Source: Candidatus Eiseniibacteriota bacterium (GTDB taxonomy: Bacteria; Eisenbacteria; RBG-16-71-46; DASYSL01). From it: DNA of 12,312 bases. The notes under the pieces were generated by a model. The model was given only the letters and a program-made list of their open reading frames with translations, did no database searches and was not told the DNA's origin. The stretch covers positions 1 to 12,312 of the forward strand of contig JANPEF010000009.1 of NCBI GenBank assembly GCA_031431875.1, in the 5' to 3' direction. The translations under genes were made by a program, and so were the position numbers. This document shows positions 7,353 to 12,312 of this stretch, piece by piece. Numbering within the stretch: position 1 is the stretch's first letter; the number at the start of each line of letters is the position of its first letter.

Positions 7353-8171
7353 TTGGGTGAACGGAGCTATCCCCCCGACCTGGAGGTCGTCATCCGAATT
7401 CCCCCCGCGTTTCACAATGTCCATCGGGCGACCTGCACGGCTCTGGCCGTCTTTGCCCTGGCCTTCGTCCCGGTGGCCGCACGGGCATCCCTGCCGGCCG
7501 ACCCCGAGGCTGCCCAGCTGGTCACCCTCGTCAACACCCACCGGGCATCGCTCGGCCGTCCCCCGCTGGGCTGGGATCAGCGGCTCGCGGACGTCGCGCA
7601 GGCGCACACCGAGGACATGGTCACGCGCGGGTTCTTCAGCCACACGAACCCCAGCGGTGAGACGTTTGCCGACCGGATCCACGATGCAAACATCACGTTC
7701 GTGAGCGCGAGCGAGAACATTGCAGGTGGTTTTGCAACCGCGTCGTCTGCGTTCTCGGCCTGGCTCCTGAGCCCGGGGCACCGCCTGAACATCGAGAATG
7801 CAAATTTTACGCATCACGGGATCGGCTTCTACCAGAACTACTGGACCCATGTCTTCGTCGAGTCGCCGAACAGCCCCGTCGGGGTCGAGGACGTGAACCT
7901 GGACCCCGCCGCGATCCGACTCTTTGCCTGGCCCAGCCCGGCCCGTTCCGGAGGGCACGTCCGCTTCAACCTGCCGACGGCGGGTCGGGTGACGCTCCGC
8001 ATCGTCGACGTGGCCGGCCGTGAGGTGGCGCGACCGCTCGAACAGGCGGCGCTTGGCGCCGGTGCCCACGAGCTCGCACTTGACGTGGCCCGGTTCGACG
8101 CGGGGATCTACTTCGTCCAGTTGCGCACGCAGGTCGCCTCTTCGACGACGAAGCTGCTCGTCATACGCTGA
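7353..8171 (+). CDS. Secreted CAP/SCP-domain (YkwD-like) protein with a C-terminal T9SS type-A-like sorting domain; start uncertain
   Basis: Signal peptide ends ...TALAVFALAFVPVAARA|S. CAP motifs: LVNTHR..GRPPL..D..L..VAQAHTEDM...FFSH..P.G....DRI, ENIA.G, WLLSPGHRLNI, GIG...YWTHVF. The tail reads VGVED...AWPSPARSG...IVDVAGREV...DAGIYFVQL...TTKLLVIR. Confidence 0.9.
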   Translation: MGERSYPPDLEVVIRIPPAFHNVHRATCTALAVFALAFVPVAARASLPADPEAAQLVTLVNTHRASLGRPPLGWDQRLADVAQAHTEDMVTRGFFSHTNPSGETFADRIHDANITFVSASENIAGGFATASSAFSAWLLSPGHRLNIENANFTHHGIGFYQNYWTHVFVESPNSPVGVEDVNLDPAAIRLFAWPSPARSGGHVRFNLPTAGRVTLRIVDVAGREVARPLEQAALGAGAHELALDVARFDAGIYFVQLRTQVASSTTKLLVIR

Positions 8172-8202
8172 CCGGCAAGCCATCGTGCTGAGCGATCTCT
8201 TC

Positions 8203-8230
8203 GGGGCGTTGGTGGTGGGGCGTTGGTGGT
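8203..8230. repeat. Perfect 14-bp tandem duplication GGGGCGTTGGTGGT x2
   Basis: Copies at 8203-8216 and 8217-8230, in the 91-bp gap between convergent genes. Confidence 0.85.
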
Positions 8231-8262
8231 GACGATTCACTGCATGAAGTGGCGAAGCAAGA

Positions 8263-11253
8263 TCACGGCAGGACGACCACCCGCGCCGTCGTGCGGGCAC
8301 CCGCCACGGTGACGCGCAGGTAGTACACACCCGCCGCGAACGGGCGACCGGCGTCATCGCGCGCCGCCCATGTGACCGCGTGCTCGCCCGCAGCGGCAGG
8401 CCCATGCGCCAGCGTCGCCATCCGCCGCCCCGCGACTGTGTAGAGCGCGATCTCGATCGCGGCGCCGCCGGTGGGGATCTCGTAGGCGTACTCCATCGTG
8501 CCGCCGCGCGGCATGGGGTTCGGGGTCACGACTCCTGCCGCGGCGAATACCGTGGCATCGGTGCCCGGAAGACGCGCTCCTCCTCCGGGGAGGATCACGC
8601 AATCCGCGACTTCGATCACGCGACCGCCACGCAGGCGCGCCTCGAACTTGACGGCCGTTGTCGCACCGGCCGGCGCCGCCACCAGGCCGGCCGCGACCGC
8701 CTGCGCATCGAACTCGAACACCGCGTCCAAGACACCATCCGGGGTGCGCCCATCGCACGGACAGCCGCTCCCACACGCATCGACGGGCCCGCTCTCGTCG
8801 CGCAACGTGAGCGTGGCGTGCCCGGCGCGCACGCCCGCCAGGCGCACCGAGGACACGATGAGGTCCGCAAAGTCGAACGCGCCCGCGCTCACGAGGGCCA
8901 CGCGTAGCAGGCCGTTCGCCGCGGGATCGAGCACGTTTGGGCAGGCGCCGGGCATCACGTCCAGCGTCACCCCGGGCGCGGACTCGGTGGGATCGCCGGT
9001 CCGGTTGAGCAGCACCCCGATGCGATCGGACACGAGACCCGCGCTCACAAGATCGATGCGCCCGTCGCCGTCGAGATCGCCGGCGGCGAGCGCGTCGGCC
9101 GCGGCCGCGGTGCCGAGCGTGAGCGGAGCGCCGAACGAGAGGGTTCCCGCGGCCCCACCCGGCAGGATCGTGAGCGTGGACGCACCCGCGTTCGCCACCG
9201 CGAGGTCGAGCCCGCCGACGCCGTCGAAGTTCGCGACAGCGAGGCCGCGCGGTTCGGCCCCCACGCGCGCAGTCGCTGCCGTGGCGAAGCCGCCGAAGCC
9301 GCCGTTGCCATCCCCCGGGTAGACGACGACGAGACCGCCGGCCGGATACGCCGCGCCCTGCCCCGACACGACATCGAGATCGCCGTCCCCATCGAGGTCG
9401 GCGAGCGCGAGCGCAAGCGGCCGCAATCCCGTACGCCACTCCTGCCCGCGCGTGAAATCCCCACCGCCCGAACCCTTCCACACGCTGATCGAATGTGCGC
9501 CCTCGGCGGCGACCACGAGATCGGTGCGGGTATCGCCGTCGACGTCGCCCAAGGCGAGCGCCGCGAGTCCGCCCACACCGGTCTCGAGCGTCGCGTGAAG
9601 GCGCAGGCGCCCGGCGCCGTCGGCAAGCAACACGGCCACCGTGCTCGTGCCGGCGATTGCCACGATCACGTCCTCACCCCCCCCCGCGTCGACCTGCCCG
9701 ACCACGAGCGCCACGGGGCGACCGCCGACATCGACCGTGTCGTCGGGCGCGAACGTGAGCGCGCCCTTGCCCCCGGGATTGCGGGCGACCGAGAGGAATC
9801 CCCTGTAGGTCGCGTGCGCCACGACGAGGTCGATGGCGCCCGCGGCCAGGAGCCGAGCGCCGTGCACGCGCGTCGGCGAGAAGCCCACGGGATACGTCAC
9901 GCGGCCCGACTCGGCAAACCCACCGGCGCCGTCGCCGCGCAGTACCGTGAGCCCATCGGCGAAGCGGTCCGGCGCCGCGACATCGAGCCTGCCGTCGCCG
10001 TCGAGGTCGCCGAGCCACAGGTCGGCCGGCCCGAAGTCGAGCCTGAGCGCGGTCGCCTCGCCGAAACTGCCGTCACCGCGACCCGCGAGCAGCACCGCAC
10101 CGCGCCCCCCGGGTTCCAGTCCGACGAGGTCGGGGCGTCCGTCGCAGTTCCAGTCGTCGACCGCGAACTTGCCCGCGCCGAGGCGCGCCGCGTGCGGCGG
10201 CGAACCGAGCAGCCGCCCGGAGCGATCGTTGCGGAACACCCCGATCCCGCCGCCGCGCCGATCGACGGACAGCACGTCGGGCCAGCCGTCGAGGTCGACG
10301 TCCCCCACCGTGAGCGCGGCGGGCACGAAGTCGGCGTCGAACGCGAGCGCGGGCCCGAACTTCCCGCTCGCCGTGCCGCGCAGGATGCGCACGCCGCCTT
10401 GCTCCTCCGCCTCGACCACGCTGCCTGCGCCGACCGAGACCACGAGGTCGACGTGGCCGTCGCGGTCGACGTCGGCCGCGGCCAGCCCGGCCGGAACCGC
10501 CCCGATCGAGACTTCGTCGACCCGGTGGAAGTGTCCGCTCGGCGTCACCGCGAGGACTTCGATCCTGCCGTCCGCATCAGCCACCGCCAGCCCTTCGTGA
10601 CGCACCCCGGGCAGGCGCACGACGACCAGTTGCAGTGGGCCCGCGCCCTCGCGGATCGTCGTCGGCGCGTCGTACGCGAAGTCGCCGCGCCCGCGCAGGA
10701 ACAGCGCCGTGTTGCGCCCGGCGCCGACGATCAGCACCAGGTCGAGGATGCCGTCGCCGTCGAGATCACCGGCGAGCGCGCCCGCCGGATCCGCGCCGAC
10801 ACCGAATGCGCGTGGCGGTGCAAACGTCCCGTTGCCCGCGCCGCGCAGGATCGAGACGGTTCCCGCTCGGCAATTCGCGACGACGAGGTCGAGGCGCCCA
10901 TCGCCGTCGGCATCGAGCGCGGCGAGGTCGCGCGGGTCCGGCCCCGCCGCGAATCCGACGCGCGAGCGGAATCCACCGCCCGGGGCGCCAAGCAGGATCG
11001 AGATGCCGTCGTCGTCGGGATGCGAGAGCGCAAGGTCGCCGAGTCCGTCGCCATTGAAGTCCGCGTGGACGAGGTCATGAGCGAGTCGCCCGCTGTCGAA
11101 CCAGCGGAATTCACTGGTGAAGCGCAGCGCCGCTGCCGGCTGCGCGGCCGCAGAGCGCGCTCCGATCGCGAGCAGGAGGCCTGCGAGCGCGAAAATGAAC
11201 ACGAGTCGGCCAGGGGCCGGGCGATGGAGTTGGATCGAGGGCTCGAAGTGCAT
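8263..11253 (-). CDS. Secreted FG-GAP/VCBS repeat protein (996 aa; about 14 blades) plus an uncharacterised domain and a C-terminal FlgD-Ig/T9SS-like domain
   Basis: ATG at 11253 gives MHFEP...RLVFIFALAGLLLAIGARSAAA|Q. It has repeated DxDGDGxxDLV motifs and ends VTPNPMPRG...LYTVAGRR...WAARDDAGRPFAAGVYYLRV...TARVVVLP. The SD is weak, so the start is moderately certain. Confidence 0.9.
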   Translation of the reverse strand: MHFEPSIQLHRPAPGRLVFIFALAGLLLAIGARSAAAQPAAALRFTSEFRWFDSGRLAHDLVHADFNGDGLGDLALSHPDDDGISILLGAPGGGFRSRVGFAAGPDPRDLAALDADGDGRLDLVVANCRAGTVSILRGAGNGTFAPPRAFGVGADPAGALAGDLDGDGILDLVLIVGAGRNTALFLRGRGDFAYDAPTTIREGAGPLQLVVVRLPGVRHEGLAVADADGRIEVLAVTPSGHFHRVDEVSIGAVPAGLAAADVDRDGHVDLVVSVGAGSVVEAEEQGGVRILRGTASGKFGPALAFDADFVPAALTVGDVDLDGWPDVLSVDRRGGGIGVFRNDRSGRLLGSPPHAARLGAGKFAVDDWNCDGRPDLVGLEPGGRGAVLLAGRGDGSFGEATALRLDFGPADLWLGDLDGDGRLDVAAPDRFADGLTVLRGDGAGGFAESGRVTYPVGFSPTRVHGARLLAAGAIDLVVAHATYRGFLSVARNPGGKGALTFAPDDTVDVGGRPVALVVGQVDAGGGEDVIVAIAGTSTVAVLLADGAGRLRLHATLETGVGGLAALALGDVDGDTRTDLVVAAEGAHSISVWKGSGGGDFTRGQEWRTGLRPLALALADLDGDGDLDVVSGQGAAYPAGGLVVVYPGDGNGGFGGFATAATARVGAEPRGLAVANFDGVGGLDLAVANAGASTLTILPGGAAGTLSFGAPLTLGTAAAADALAAGDLDGDGRIDLVSAGLVSDRIGVLLNRTGDPTESAPGVTLDVMPGACPNVLDPAANGLLRVALVSAGAFDFADLIVSSVRLAGVRAGHATLTLRDESGPVDACGSGCPCDGRTPDGVLDAVFEFDAQAVAAGLVAAPAGATTAVKFEARLRGGRVIEVADCVILPGGGARLPGTDATVFAAAGVVTPNPMPRGGTMEYAYEIPTGGAAIEIALYTVAGRRMATLAHGPAAAGEHAVTWAARDDAGRPFAAGVYYLRVTVAGARTTARVVVLP

Positions 11254-11456
11254 GCAGGTCTCGTGCGAAGCGCGATACGGATACGAGGATCCGGGACCTT
11301 GCGGGGGGCCGCCGAGATGATGCGCCAAGCAGTGGGGGCGTGGGGGAATTCCTTCTGCGCACGCGATCGTGCGCGGGCCACCGGGGGGAAGTCCGGCCGG
11401 CGGCCTCATCCGTAACATATTGTGCAAACATCAGTTGGCTTGCCGGAGAGATGACC

Positions 11457-11487
11457 CACACGGGCGAGTGGGCATCACTCCAGTGTG
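11457..11487 (-). terminator. Imperfect hairpin downstream of the OmpA gene
   Basis: CACAC..GAGTG-ggcat-CACTC..GTGTG begins 11 nt after the stop. There is no U tract. Confidence 0.3.
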
Positions 11488-11498
11488 TCGACCCGGTT

Positions 11499-12179
11499 CT
11501 AGCCTCCGGCCGCCTGCCGCTTGGCCGCCTCGCGTGCGGCTTCGCTCGCATAGATGGCGACTTCGACTCGGCGATTGGCGTGCCGACCGGCTTCCGTCTC
11601 GTTGGTCGCGATCGGCTCGGTCTCGCCGCGGCCCTTGGTCTGGACGCGTTCGACACTCCTGCTCATCAGGTAGCTGGCCGCCGAGGCGGCGCGGCGTTCG
11701 GAAAGTCCCTGGTTGTACGACGCGGTACCGACGCCGTCGGTGTGGCCGACGACGAGCAGGTTCGAGTTGTCGTACTTGTCGACGCTGCTTGCGAGCGCAT
11801 CGAGATTCGAACGCGCATCGCCGCGGACGACATCGGAATCGAAGTCGAACATCAGACCGGAGTCAAAGACGACCGCGATCCCCTCGCCCACACGTGACAC
11901 GGTGGCGCCGGGAATGTTCTGCTGCAGCTCCTTGGCCTGCTGGTCCATCTGGTGGCCGATGATCGCGCCGGCCGCACCGCCAACGACCGCGCCGATGATC
12001 GCGCCTCGCGCCGTCGAACCCGTCTGGTTGCCGATCACCGCACCGGCCGCGGCGCCGGTCGCGCCACCGATGATGGCGCCCTTCTCCTTGTTGTTCATGC
12101 TGGCGCAACCGACCGCAGTGAGAAGCAACAGCACTGCGAGCGGGGCCTGGACCTGTCTGGATCGTAGCTGGATGGACAT
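11499..12179 (-). CDS. OmpA-family outer-membrane lipoprotein with a glycine zipper (YiaD-like), 226 aa
   Basis: ATG at 12179 has an AAGGAG SD, and the lipobox is LLLLTAVG|C. The glycine zipper reads KGAIIGGATGAAAGAVIG...GAIIGAVVGGAAGAIIG..MDQQAKEL. OmpA_C motifs: FDFDS, VVGHTD..G...YNQGLSERRA.S...YL, G.GE..PIA.N.T..GR..NRRVEV. Confidence 0.95.
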   Translation of the reverse strand: MSIQLRSRQVQAPLAVLLLLTAVGCASMNNKEKGAIIGGATGAAAGAVIGNQTGSTARGAIIGAVVGGAAGAIIGHQMDQQAKELQQNIPGATVSRVGEGIAVVFDSGLMFDFDSDVVRGDARSNLDALASSVDKYDNSNLLVVGHTDGVGTASYNQGLSERRAASAASYLMSRSVERVQTKGRGETEPIATNETEAGRHANRRVEVAIYASEAAREAAKRQAAGG

Positions 12180-12312
12180 CGCGGACTCCTTCGAGCGAGC
12201 AATCGTCCGGGCCCGTGGGGTCCTCGCAGACGATGGATGCCGCGAGCCGACTTCCGGGTGGAAGGACGTCACTCCCCTCGACCATAGGGCAGCGATCGCA
12301 TTCTCGAGCAGG

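Noticed and set aside
7233..8405. 390-aa minus-strand ORF
   Set aside because: Antisense to the well-supported CAP gene, with no motifs.
9493..11415. 640-aa plus-strand ORF, and other ORFs overlapping the FG-GAP gene
   Set aside because: Antisense or off-frame shadows with Arg/Ala/Pro-rich composition and no recognisable domains.
12199..12215. Sigma54-like GG...TTGC upstream of the OmpA gene
   Set aside because: GG-GC spacing is off by one base, and the site is too close to the SD.

Overview
High-GC bacterial DNA with seven real genes and no RNA genes, mobile elements or CRISPR arrays that I can support. From left to right: (1) a minus-strand metal-dependent amidohydrolase (Xaa-Pro dipeptidase/M38-like) that runs off the left edge and is missing from the ORF track; (2) a 65-aa single-pass membrane protein with a candidate sigma54 promoter; (3-6) four consecutive signal-peptide proteins, all ending in a FlgD-Ig/T9SS type-A-like C-terminal domain (PNP...G[VI]Y[FY][VL]); (7) a glycine-zipper OmpA (YiaD-like) lipoprotein. 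The four secreted proteins are a 553-aa protein made of two ~210-aa repeats I do not recognise, a 1138-aa Cys-rich HYR adhesin-like protein, a CAP/SCP protein and a 996-aa protein with 14 FG-GAP blades. The most interesting signal is this cluster of unrelated passenger domains sharing a C-terminal sorting tag, three of them with Gln right after the predicted signal cleavage site (Q-rule-like). It suggests T9SS-like surface cargo in a high-GC FCB-type lineage such as Eisenbacteria, Krumholzibacteriota or Latescibacterota (lineage is inference). No secretion machinery genes lie in this window.
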